A DNA stretch of 64,000 nt, taken from assembly GCF_023055435.1 (NCBI RefSeq), contig NW_025964001.1:21328001-21392000 (forward strand), written 5' to 3'. This document shows, piece after piece, positions 1-12,090 of this stretch (positions are counted from its first letter, which is position 1; each line of letters opens with the position of its first letter). Both the position numbers and the translations under genes were made by a program. The notes under the pieces are model-generated. The model searched no databases. It was given only the letters and a program-made list of their open reading frames with translations, and was not told the origin of the DNA. The DNA comes from Haliotis rufescens (taxonomy: Eukaryota).

Positions 1-280
1 ATTCACTGTACAAAACTCTTGACAAGAAATCTAAAAGTCCTGTAATTAAAATAATTATCAGATGTTACAGTACAGTACACCATTTCATTACTTTGCAGGA
101 CTCTCATATTTCCTGTAAGGACCATTAACATTAATTATTGGGGGTCTCCACTGACCCCTAGTTTGTGAGGTCAAGATAAAACCCTGTATGGTGGGTAATA
201 TGCAGTTGTAATTTAGACATTTTGTCTCTTTCTTTTCATTGATAATATAGGTCTAAGTTCTTTTCAATTTCTTCTCTAAG

Positions 281-282
<2 letters not shown>

Positions 283-341
<59 letters not shown>

Positions 342-350
342 TGTGTGTGT
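283..350. repeat. (GT)n microsatellite
   Basis: About 33 GT units; a second (GT)n lies at ~2447-2492 and a (CAGA)n at ~510-568. Confidence 0.95.
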
Positions 351-522
351 GAGAGTCTGCATGCATGTGCATGTGCGTGAATAAAGTTTTCAAAAATACT
401 TTACACATGAATTGTTTTGTACAAGTGTAAACTTACATTGAACCTCAAGCTGTTGATACCTCCTGCCACAGATGGCCTACAGTGAACTCATCACGTATAG
501 AGCATACTTGGACAGACAAACG

Positions 523-568
<46 letters not shown>

Positions 569-579
569 TGCATGGACAG

Positions 580-992
580 TAGGGCTGGGATGGGTAACTC
601 GGGTACTTGGGTCGGGTGGGTCCTGAGTAGGACCCGGGTACCCACAAGGTTACCCAGACACGTGGTTAGTCATGTTACATACTGTTTAATGACATTAACA
701 ATAAAACTCAATAGTTACACTACAAGTATAGCTAATGTTCACATTTCTTTCTCACTATGCAGGCATTCGTTCTGACTTATATATGTTCGAGTAAGGATAA
801 AGCGTCTATCAACTGCAGTGTATAAGTGATCTGATCGTATTATACATGTATCTAAATAGTTTCTGCCAGGGCTGCAGTAAAACAATTCCCATTCGGACAT
901 TTTGTATCCAACTCTTGAGACCTATAGCGGGTATCTGGGTAGGGCAGGGTAATAGGGTGTCGGGTACCCGGGTAGTAAATTTGGACTCAGCC
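580..992. mobile_element. Degenerate non-autonomous DNA transposon (hAT-like MITE)
   Basis: Starts TAGGGCTGG with repeated TACCCG/CGGGTA subterminal motifs. 850-990 matches ~59910-60060 in reverse complement, so a second copy exists. Confidence 0.55.
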
Positions 993-2443
993 AGACAGAT
1001 GGACAGATATTGACTTCATATACTCCTAGTCCGAGGCCATCTTGCATACATAACAAATTCATCCGTCAACAACTTTTACACTAACAGTTTATCAAGATCC
1101 ACAACATTTCTGAAAATGCAGTCAGCCCTGAGATTATATAATTTAAATAAATTATGTATGGAAAATGAAAGAAGTTGGAAAAAAAACTGGACAAATACAA
1201 AAGTTGGACAAATACGATGGATAATTTTGATAGCAGGCTTTCCAAAGACTGGAATATATTTTTTTTCGAACATTTTTTATGACATAATGCTCTTATCAGT
1301 TTGTTGGTGCATAAATATTCCCATCTGAACATGCCCTTACACTTTAACATGTGCAAAAACACTGACACAGTTTCAACTAGCCGTTATTGTTTGAATGCTT
1401 ATCAAGAGGGAAGGCTACAAAATAATAAAATACTGAGGTCAAATTCCAACGTGGGCGGGCTAGGTCTGTGTTGGCCTTTGCACCCTTATCTACTGTCAAC
1501 ATGCTTGCTTATTCACAACAGTGCATATATTCTGATACTCACAGTCTGTTCAAGGTAAGTTCATCAACAATCTAGTTTTCCAAATGAATTGAAAAAGTAG
1601 TTGTGTAAAGGTGTAATTATTCAACCATGTGAGTGTTTCATACTTTTCTAGAGGTGGATCAAAGATTTTGAAAACGATGGAACAACAACACATGATGAAG
1701 GACACTACTTCACATGCACAAGGTGTCGAAAGAGGAGTGGGGCTTCACGCCACTGCACCACCCCACCTGGATCATCAGTGAGTACACACTATATGCAGGA
1801 AAGTGGCCAAGTTACTCCTTGTTTGCTTTCAAAATAGCAGGAATTTATCCAGGATTCCTAACTAAATGCCCTTGGCAGAGAATTTGGGGGAAAATCTGTT
1901 TTTTTGCAGAACTTAGTCAATGACCCCAGAGACCATAAAATAGATATCTGGTGAGCCCTACAAAGCCATAACATTAGTTATTACCATATAACATGAATTG
2001 AGAAATTTGTAATTCCAGTTTGTGAATTTTGACTGACATTTGCTGCAGACTTGCTGCCACATACTGGCCTCTGAGCAGGTCTAGATGAACCCTGCATAGT
2101 CTGGTGTTGGAAGACATGCCAAGTGATGTTGATACAGTGTATAAACTGCCTGCTAACAGTGCATTGTTCCTTGTGATTTGGATATGTGCCATGCATAAAA
2201 AGTTGAACAATGTAGCATTATGTACAGCACAAACAGGACATACTGTTAGTATACTCATGGTACTTAGGCAAATGATATCCTTGTATTGGTGTACAAATAT
2301 AGTAAGGAATATTAGCTATCGGAATATATACTATTATATGGCCTTGAAAAATGTTGTATCTCTGTTTACCTAACAAATACATTTTGTGTGCCTACCCTGA
2401 CAATCATATTGACTTTCTTGTCAAGAGTCAGTGTGTGGGTCTA

Positions 2444-2482
<39 letters not shown>

Positions 2483-4274
2483 ATGTGTGTGTGCACTGTT
2501 ATTCATGGCATTTTTTTATTAATGTTGTAGCCTTATATCATGCTATCCGACACCAGGAACAGGATTCAGAAAGAAAATCCAGGTAAGGGAGATAACTTGG
2601 GTGATCTGCACGTGATCCGCTATTGTGATCTTATGGGACATGTGACATGCAACACATTAGGGGCAGCCAAGGAACAGATGCATATTAGAAGTCAACTGAA
2701 ATAACATTTTAAGCAGAAATATTTTTGAAAGGTCTAGAATATGAACACTGTTAGTGATGCTTCAACTAACCTATAAACAAATTAAAGTTAACCAATTGTG
2801 GTGCTATACATATTGTCAGATTTTCTGTTTTATCATGGTTACAGGCCTTGAACTTTCTGAGAAATATACCTTCCACTCTTTAAACCAAAGAAAACATGAT
2901 TTTTATCCCACGAATACAGCTCATGTTTTAGTGTCACACATCCCAAGTTTCAGGTTTATCCCTCCAGCTGTTGAGGTGAGAAATTACAGGTCAACAGATG
3001 GATGGACTTGATACATGAGCTGTCTTGGACCTTCAACATGTTCAATCCTGGTGATCTAGAAAAGATCGGGCTGGGTTTCTTCATAAAGTAAGGTACAACA
3101 TATTTGCATTTTTAGGTTTCTCTAGTGTTACAAATTTTATTTATTGTTTTTGTGGAAATAAACAAAATCCTATTAGGTTATAAAAAATTCAATTACTTTA
3201 TTTTCAATTACTAGATATTCATCCACTACCCACTCTCTCTCCATATCATTTTTACAAAACACCTACAGAAAAAGGAAAGTGTTGAGTGTTTGTTCCCTTT
3301 TATTGTACTTGATTAAATACACCATTTACAATCAAACAAAACAGTTATTTCAATGAAATAAAATTTACCAAAAATTAAATGCCTCCTGCCTCACATTCTT
3401 TAGATTTAGAACATGTAACATATTGTGTTTATAAATAATAGCGTGATTGAAGTCATACTTCCTTTGCAATGTCCTAATTACTGACTGAACTCTAACTAAG
3501 CACTTGAAATCAGACCTGAACACTAAGAACAATCAATCTGAAGATAACTGACATATCACACAAACACTACTCCACAACAACATGACACATCTTGCCTTGC
3601 ATGTGTTTCTAGCAGGGATCAGCTGATAATGTTTTTTGAGAGGGGGGAAAAACATTGCGTCAGTGTAAACCTTGAGTTTATTAAAAATGTAAGTAAATTT
3701 TTGGAGCCAATTGTTGCTGCGCGCTACAACCGAGGTATTGAAGGGCGCAATAGTGAGGGAACACTATATATGTTATGAAAGTGACACTTGAGTTTATTCT
3801 TTTGTTCCTACATCCAGCACCTCAGATATGAGGTGTGCGTGACCAAAATGCAAATGTCTGATTGGGAAAAAAATATTTCGGGATCCCTTGTTTCGAGCAA
3901 AGTGGAATCATTGTTATCATTATTAGGATCAGGAGGCCTTACATTATTTTTTTGTGTGGTTTACAGATCCGCTGACCTTAAAAATATAAATTGAAAAATC
4001 AAAAGAAGAATAGACATCAGAACAACAAGGTTTTTTTTTACACCACCGCCCCGTATAAAAAAATCGCTTTGACAATACAAATAATCCAAGGGATTTCTAT
4101 ATGACCATGATGACTAAAACAGAAATTGTTCCAACGCTAAATCGTCATTTCAAACCAAATATATATCTAAATATATTAAATCCTAATCCACTGTCTTATA
4201 ATTCCAATTTCTTGCAAGATATAACTCAAATATTTTAAAAAGCCTTATATATAATTGTTATAATTGTGACTCAA

Positions 4275-4541
4275 TGACCCATGAAGATCCGGGGTAGAAT
4301 AGGTCTTCAGCAACCCATGCTTGCCGTAAAAGGCGACTATGCTTGTTGTAAGAGGCGACTAACGGGATCGGGTGGTCAGGCTCGCTGACTTGGTTGGTGC
4401 ATGTCATCGATCTCAATTGCATGGATCGATGCTCATGATGTCAATCACTGGATTGTCTGGTCCAGACTCGATTAGTTTTACAGACCACCGTCATATAGCT
4501 GGAATATTGCTGAGTGCAGCGTTAAACCACAAACAAACAAA
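4275..4541 (+). mobile_element. Full-length short retroposon family B (non-tRNA head)
   Basis: TSD TGTGACTCAA at 4265-4274 and 4542-4551; (AAAC)n tail. At least 12 related copies or fragments, e.g. 6090, 12425, 13340, 13545, 15425, 18141, 42912, 56845, 58645, 59258, 62210. Confidence 0.9.
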
Positions 4542-4569
4542 TGTGACTCAACTGTACATGATGTATGTT

Positions 4570-5252
4570 ATAGTTACAACACACCCAGACGAGTTGTTTG
4601 GGCAGTAAGAGCACGGTTTGGCTTGGCATTTGATTGACAGACAAAGGGACCGAGGGGCGGAGCCCCGAGGTGATCCTTTTGTCTGTCAATCAAATGCCAA
4701 GCCAAACCATGCTCTTACTGCCCAAACAACGAGTAGGTGGGTGTGTTGTAAGTGACTTGTAGCACGGGTTGCGACCGTCATTCCAAAATTACGCGAGTTT
4801 GTGTAAAATTTAGTGACATATAAAGATGACGTTAAATATGACGTCACATGCTTTCTGCCTTCGAACCGTTCTTAACTTTTAATCTAATTGTTAAATCAAG
4901 TGTAAACTTTGGAATTTTCAAAGGCACATTAGAAATGTCAACTATTAATTTTCCGAATTTAGCAAAATGCGTTCTGTGTCCAGTTGTTTTTATGTTTGAC
5001 AGTTACATTGTAGTCTTTTAATTAAGTTATAAACATTTCTATTGTTTTTTGTTGTTTATTTACGTTATTACTCTTGAACACTGTGTACAACACTGAAGAA
5101 ACATTGTAAGTTTGAAATTTCTCAAGCTAGTAGGCGGGGCTTGCTGATTTTGGCACCAGCCAATGGTAATAATCTTTAACAAACCCTGCTCTTACTACCA
5201 TGATACAGCATGGGTAAGATCAAAAGTACCTCTCGCAACTGTGCTACAAATA
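4570..5252. mobile_element. Foldback non-autonomous element with a long terminal hairpin (possibly Crypton-like)
   Basis: Inverted arms ~4574-4649 and ~4673-4751 around CGAGGGGCGGAGCCCCGAG. A second IR pairs TTGTAGCACGGGTTGCGA (4756) with TCGCAACTGTGCTACAA (5233). Confidence 0.55.
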
Positions 5253-7342
5253 GACACTACAACATGCACTATTTCTAAATGTGTCACACTGTGCAACAGT
5301 AACATGAAACCTGATACTGTACTAAACAGTGTAAAACATACTTCCTCTAGTGAACAATGGGAGGTGTGTGACATGAATAACATTATCACAACAGCATACC
5401 ATAGCATGTATTTTCTTTCAAGGACACTTCTCTCTACCAGGCAACCCCTTCGATGATCAGGCATATTGTGCAGTTGTATAAAGCAGAGCTTCAGGTAAAC
5501 TGTGTATTTACATAAAATACACAAAATAAAACACCATTTCCCAATTAAATTTGAAATGCTTGTGTTCAAATACAAATGAAGATTTTAAAATCCCAACAGT
5601 GTAACAACACCCTTTGTCTAACCGTACATAAAAATACTAACTTCTGATTGGTTAGGGTGCAGGCAATTATTTTTTCCATGTAGCCCACTGAGAAATCAAT
5701 CGGAACACACCTTAGGTAACTTACTTATCTCACATAAGTATCGGTGAGCTGAAATTAACTGATGTTTATCCAAATGTATCCTATTTAATCTGCATACCTA
5801 TATTTTGTTGCTGTATATTTACTGATTGAATGCAGGCATACAAAATACATGAACTCTAGTCTACTGCTGTGAATTATGCATAAAGGTGCTAATCTCATAT
5901 GTGAATAAACACTCAATGCTCAAAATATTATCTGGAGCCCTGAATAAAGTAACAAATCTTCAGTCACTCAAACCTAACACCTTTATTAGTTTGTAACATA
6001 TAGATTTGAAAGGAAAAATATAAACATAATTAAAACTTTGTTTCCCTCATCAGGATTCAATGAGAATTGTATTGCATATGGCTTAGCACACAGCAATTGT
6101 GTGGATTAATGCTCATGATGTCAATTACTGGATTGTCTGGTCTAGACTTGATTATTTACTTACCACCGTCATATAGCTGGAATATTACTGAGAGGGGCAT
6201 ATACAACAAACAAACAAAGCAAATGGCTTAACATGCTCTCTGTCCCCGTTCACTGACAAAGTGCTTTCATGAAACCATTATCTCTCAACACAATGAGAGA
6301 CAATGAAGTCAGCTCTCAACACAATGAAGTCTTCTAACTGGGTCAGTATATTATTATCGTCAGGATTGTTTTATGACTTCCATTGATGAAGGTCTTGCTT
6401 TGATCATACAAGGACCTAAATATTATCCTGCAGGGGTCGTGTTAGGAAACTAAACTTTCACCATGTGTACGTTGACATAATACATAGATCTAAAAATATA
6501 TAAATTTGATGGAAACAAGCAGCGACATTTAAACTGAAAAGGAGCCCCCAGTGAAATGGGCAATTCAGAACCTGTGTAAAATCTAGACTTGCTTCATTTA
6601 GAGCTATAGCATTATTTTATGGGCTGGGCAGAAGTGAAAATAATATGGTTCAAGGACTGTGAGACAGGCTACATGTGTATGTGCAGATGCAAAGTTTGTT
6701 GCACCAGAAAATGACAAATTAAACCAACAACCTCACTCAGATGTAAATATGCTTAGGAAACAAAATAATTTCAGATCAGAGTTTTTTGTTTTCAATTCAG
6801 TAAGTCTTTGCTAGACATCCAACAAATCAAAGACTACTGTCGTAACTGTCATGCTCAATGCTAGCTTTTCCTCATGGAGATTCCAGGTTAGAATAGCAAC
6901 TGTGTTAGTCATAAGAGGCGACCAAATGGGAGGGAAGGGAAGGAGTATGGTCTTATGCCGCTTTCTGAAATATTCAAGCAATATCACAACGACCAAAAAG
7001 ATCGGATGATCAGGCTCAGTGACTTTGAGATGTGTGTGTCAACATACCCTGCTGGCGTGGATCACTGTCAACAATATCAATCACTGGTTTGCCTGGTACA
7101 CACTCGAATATGTACAGGCCGCCATCATATAGCTGGAATATTGCATTACACAACAAAAAAACCCTTCAAAATCATGTGAATTCTGCTGATAAAACAAGGA
7201 AATCTTAAATCTTTTCAATTTTTGACATGCACTGGGTGAAACAAACTCATTAAAAGCAGAGCTTAGTTCTTGTTAACGCTAAAAAAGCTTTGTGTAGCAG
7301 TAACAAGTACTAAGATGGGACTTTCATCAGATTGTTGGTGAA

Positions 7343-7580
7343 AGTGAGTGAGTGAGTTTGGTTTAACGCTGCTCTTAACAGTATTTCAGTTATATCACGG
7401 CGTGTCAGCTTAATGTGGGAGGAAAGCCCAAAGTGATGCAGGTCTCAGATGTTTACCACTTCGGTGAAACCCAGGGTATGGTTGACAAACCTAGAAACAT
7501 AATCGGGGTGAACCGGGATTCAAACCTACAATCATAGGTGTCTGGCGTGCACCTTAGACGACTGGGCCACCTGTGCCCCC
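7343..7580 (-). mobile_element. tRNA-derived SINE family D (internally deleted copy)
   Basis: Matches the full copy at 41509-41787; (GTGA)n tail on the plus strand. Confidence 0.8.
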
Positions 7581-7707
7581 TTGTGGGTGAAAGTAGACTG
7601 CATTGTGTAGCATCAGATTGCATTGGTGCATGTTTTATATAGTTAAATTATACATCTGGTATCAGGGAAAGGCTAAGGATAGGACACAGTGTTTGTTGAG
7701 CGTGAGG

Positions 7708-8093
7708 GTGAGGTGAGGTGAGGTGAGGTGAGGTGAGGTGAGGTGAGGTGAAATGGGGTTTAACGTTGCATCCAAGATTATTGCACTTATATAGCGATGT
7801 GCATGTACGTGTGTGTGTTTGTGTGGCTACTTGTAATAGTCCAGACTGATGACGATTTATAGTGCTAGCTCACTGAGATACAATGCCGCAGTTTAACATG
7901 AATACCCCACTCAGACACAGTATACCGACTCCGAGCCGGCCAGTCCTTGTTTTAGCCCCTTAATGCTGAGCGCCAGACAGGGTAACAACAAGTACCATCT
8001 TTAAACGTCTTTTGGTATGACGCGGCCGGGGATCGAACCCCGGACCTTCTGCCCTCCAGGCGGACGCTCTACCACTAGACCACGGAGGCGGTC
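7708..8093 (-). mobile_element. tRNA-derived SINE family C (V-domain/RUDI-like)
   Basis: Minus-strand head with A box TGGTCTAGTGG and B box GGTTCGATCC; central AAGACGTTTAAAGATGGTACTTG...GGCGCTCAGCATTAAGGGG; (CTCAC)n tail. Other copies at 17310-17630 (+) and 22652-22996 (-). The V-SINE assignment is from memory of the family. Confidence 0.8.
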
Positions 8094-8278
8094 TGAGGGG
8101 GAGGGGTAGGGGTAGGGAGGGGGAGGGGTAGGGAGGGGGTGATGACGATTAAAACTACCAGTAACCCAGATTGTTTGTATGTTTGTCAAACGTTGGAGAT
8201 ATGTTCATTCAAAGATACTGCAACATTAACTGTTTGTATCCAGCCCTATCACTTGAGCAATACAAAGATATTTGTCTC

Positions 8279-10890
8279 GCAAAATAACAAAAGCCCAGGC
8301 TCAGATGGCTTTCCCACTGAATTTTATAAATTCTTTTGGAAAGATATTGGACAATTTTTATTGCGATCATTGAATTGTGGTTTAATATCTGGTGAACTCT
8401 CTGTTACCCAGAAACAAGGGGTTATTGTCTGTATTCCAAAGGGGGATAAGCCTAAACGCTTCATAACTAACTGGAGGCCCATATCACTATTGAATGTTTC
8501 ATATAAGCTGGCATCTTCATGCATAGCAAATAGAATCAAATCAAGATTGCCATTTATCATTAATGAAGATCAGACTGGCTTTATGACAGGTCGCTACATT
8601 GGTGACAATATTCGCTTAATCTATGATGCCATCTCATGTACAGAAAAATCAAACATTCCTGGTATGCTTCTTCTTATAGACTTTGAGAAGGCATTTGATT
8701 CCATTGCTTGGTCATTTATAGACAAATCTTTATCCTTTTGGGGATTTGGTGAAAATTTAAGAAAATATATATCGGTATTTTACAATGATATAAAAAGCTG
8801 TATGTCTATCAATGGTCAGTTGTCATCTTGGTTCAATATCAGACGCGGTTGCCGACAGGGTTACCCATTATCACCGTATATATTTATTCTCTGTGCAGAA
8901 ATACTAGCCAATATGATCCGCTCTAATAGAGATGTCAAAGGTATCCTGGTGGACGGTAGTGAGTATCTTCTTAGTCAGTATGCTGATGATATGGAAATAT
9001 TACTTGATGGTAGTCAGTCCTCCTTTGTATCATGTATTAACTCTCTTGATTGTTTTGCCAAAATATCTGGTCTTAAGATTAACTATAATAAAACTCAAGT
9101 TATCTGGCTTGGCTCCAAGAGAGGTTGTAAGGAAAAGTTCAAAGATGATTTGCCTATTGGTTGGAATCCAGAAGAGTTTAGAATTCTAGGAGTCAAATTT
9201 TGCACAAATCTGAAAAAAATGGTTCAGTTGAACTTTAAAGACAAATTATTTGAGTTAAAACAGATTATGAATAGGTGGATGAAACGGATAGTTACACCAA
9301 TTGGTAGGGTGGCAATCATTAAATCCTTGTTGATTTCAAAACTCAATTATCTATTGTTATCACTGCCTGATCCCCCAAATGATTTTCTTGTTACTTTAAA
9401 TGCTATGCTTTTTAAATTTCTTTGGAGTGATAAACGAGACAAAGTAAAGAGGATTAAAGTTTGTCAACGTGTTAAGCAAGGGGGCTTAGGTATGGTGAAT
9501 ATCTTTTTATATGTAACATCTCTTAAGGCCACATGGATAAGGAGACTTGTGTCCTCAGGTGATCAAAAATGGAAGCACCTATTTAAATCTACATATCCTT
9601 ATTTGTGTAAACTTGGTGAGTTTGGTGTGACGTTTTTTGAAAGAAAATTATCTTTGATAAGTAATGAGTTTTGGAAAAGTTGTTTTCAGTCATTTATAGT
9701 GCTTGATAAGAAAATCAAGCCAGAATCTTTCAGTAGTTTTTTAACTGAACCAATTTTTTATAACCCTAATATTAAAATTAATAGGAAATCATTTTTCTTG
9801 AAATGCTGGTTTGAGAAGGGCGTCTCCCAAATTATAGACTTGGTCAAGGCCAGTAAGGAGTTTCTGTCATTTGAGGACTTTAATGATATGCATGGTATTT
9901 GTTCATCCTATTTGGAGTTTTATGGTGTTGTTAGCAGCGTTAAACAATACCTTGGAGCTCTAAATTTAGTTAGAGTTCCAACAGATTCTGTGGAGGATCC
10001 AATTTGTAGTTCCAAGTCCGGTTCAAAACATATTTATTTTTCATTGGTTTCTACAGAAGTAAAAACTAAAGGGCAGGAAAAGTGGGAATTACAATTTGAA
10101 AACTTAAATTGGAACAATATTTATAATAAAATTTTCAGTACAACACAGGATGTCAAACTGCGATGGTTTCAATACAAAATTACCCACAGAATTCTCACCA
10201 CTAATACTTTTCTGTATTTACTCAATTATGCTCAGAATGATTTGTGCTCCTTCTGTCACAATGAAAAGGAAACAATTACTCACTTGTTTTGGGAATGTGA
10301 TGTAATAAAACAATTTTGGGATGAAGTGTCATTGTGGATCGACCAGTGCTTTCATGTTTATAATATGACATTTTGTACAGAATTGATACTTTTTGGAGTT
10401 AAAGAGAACATAAAAACAGATAAAGTGTTTGATTTACTTTTACTAATTGCAAAATACTATATTTATAGATGCAAATTCCAAAATACAAAACCTTATTTTC
10501 ATGTTTATAAAAAGGAAGCTTTTTCACGATACAACATTGAAAAAGATATTGCTTTCAAGACAGGTAATCAACAGAAATTCTATGGTGCTTGGATGCTGTA
10601 TCATCAACTTTTCGAAAATGAGGAGCAGCTTTCAATTTAATTTTAGTTTTGTACTTAAGAAGTTAATGTTTGAGACCATGTACTTTCCTAAACTGCAATA
10701 TGATATATAAACAAGAGTGAATGTGTGAGTGAGAAGTATGTTATTTTCTGTAAAAAAAACAACAAAGTAAGATGTACTGATAAGTTGTGCTTTATGTCAT
10801 GGGCTTTCTGCTACCCTGGGCGGAAGCCCATTTATGTAACAGGTGCGTCTTTCTAAATACAATAAAAGAAAAAAAAGAAAAAAAAAAAAA
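8279..10890 (+). mobile_element. 5'-truncated L1/Tx1-clade non-LTR retrotransposon
   Basis: TSD AAAGATATTTGTCTC (8264-8278) / AAAGATATTCGTCTC (10888-10902). AATAAA and poly(A) at 10861-10890; 3'UTR hairpin at 10800-10830. Confidence 0.93.
8281..10640 (+). CDS. LINE ORF2 fragment: reverse transcriptase plus C-terminal CCHC zinc knuckle, endonuclease missing
   Basis: KSPGSDGF, NWRPISLLN, DQTGF, LLLIDFEKAFD, RQGYPLSP, QYADD and CSFC..ETITHLFWEC; ~785 codons with no stop. Confidence 0.92.
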
Positions 10891-11441
10891 GATATTCGTC
10901 TCATTAAGTTATAGATGTTTTTTTAAATATTTGATATTTGATTTGCCTTTTATAAATCTATATATACTTTACAAATGCACTGCTATCTGTTGAAAAAAGA
11001 CACACTATCTGTCCGACTCAATATTAAACAAAAAAGTTTTTAGGCCAAATAAAAACAAAAACAATGACATACTATAGGACAAAATCCCAAGATCTCCATA
11101 GCAAATCCCAAAATGCTTCATGCATGCATACTCGCACCAGAATGTTATTACGTTAATCCTATTAACCCCAATATAAATACTGCTGACTTTGTCCATTACT
11201 TGACCTACTAGTGTGTCATACAGACCTAGAAACAAATATATCCAATGCACCCCATGGAAGTCTTAATAGTTGGCAAGTCTAGATTACAGCAGTTTCTGAA
11301 AATAAAGAGAGTCTCTGGGCTCAAACAATTCAATTCAAATAATCTGCTTTTATTTGTGTTCACAGATGACCGAACCCTAACAGGGCCTCTGAAGTTATGC
11401 CAGAATAACAATATAACTGCTGTGTTCTGTCAGTAACTTAC

Positions 11442-11787
11442 CCGACGCATTGAGCTTGCCGCCTTCGAACCATTGTATTTTTCCATCTGTCATGTCACAA
11501 TCTTTCACTTTATGGAAGTCATGGAACCATTTTAACCTGGATCGAGCCAATTTCCCCCAAAACACATCGGGGTTCTCCAAGCTGAATCTGTACAAATCGT
11601 CATGTGTTTTAATGCTGGGCACCCCTTCGAACTCTGGGAAAGGAGTTGTTGTCGTCGATGTTGTGATGTCTCGCTGACTGACCAAAACCTTGGCATACTT
11701 CGGGTATGTCCTCAGGTGTCGTCTGCTGCCAGACAGTGTCGTCTGCAGCCTGAGAGAAGTGCAAAACAATACCTTGAGCACGGCCAT
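11442..11787 (-). CDS. ACSS1: Acetyl-CoA synthetase, mitochondrial (ACSS1-like), coding exon 1
   Basis: ATG at 11787 and an R/S/T-rich transit peptide, then LYRFSLENPDVFWGKLARSRLKW...IQWFEGGKLNAS (ACS N-terminal domain). Phase-1 GTAAGT donor at 11441. No later exon was recognised in 1-11441. Confidence 0.85.
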
Positions 11788-11789
11788 CC

Positions 11790-12090
11790 TGTTTGAGTTG
11801 CTGCCCCAGCTGCTCTCTCCTGTACAACTGACAGCGTTCAGCCGCCCATCCACTTGCTGGCGGTTTACCGTACTTCGCGTTACCGTACTACACACGCTAA
11901 CGACAGCGCCAGCAAAGTTCACAAGGTTCTATCTTTGGAACTGGCACTTATCTGTTCAAATTCACGTCATCTTGAGAATAAGGCCAATCTCTGCATGCGG
12001 TCAATACTGCGGTCAATATTCCACTGGACGAAATGGGCATTGCAAATCTTGTCGCATCGGATCCCACTTCAAAACAGAAAATATACAAAG
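11790..12090. promoter_or_regulatory. CpG-rich proximal promoter of ACSS1
   Basis: Elevated CpG; CRE-like TCACGTCA at ~11962 and GCCAATC CCAAT box at ~11982. Confidence 0.5.

Noticed and set aside
8139-8280. N-terminal ~47 codons of the 833-aa ORF
   Set aside because: Lies upstream of the TSD and starts at GTG; it is fortuitously in-frame flank, not LINE sequence.
11788-11922. N-terminal extension of the ACSS1 ORF
   Set aside because: Starts at GTG; the ATG at 11787 gives a normal mitochondrial transit peptide.
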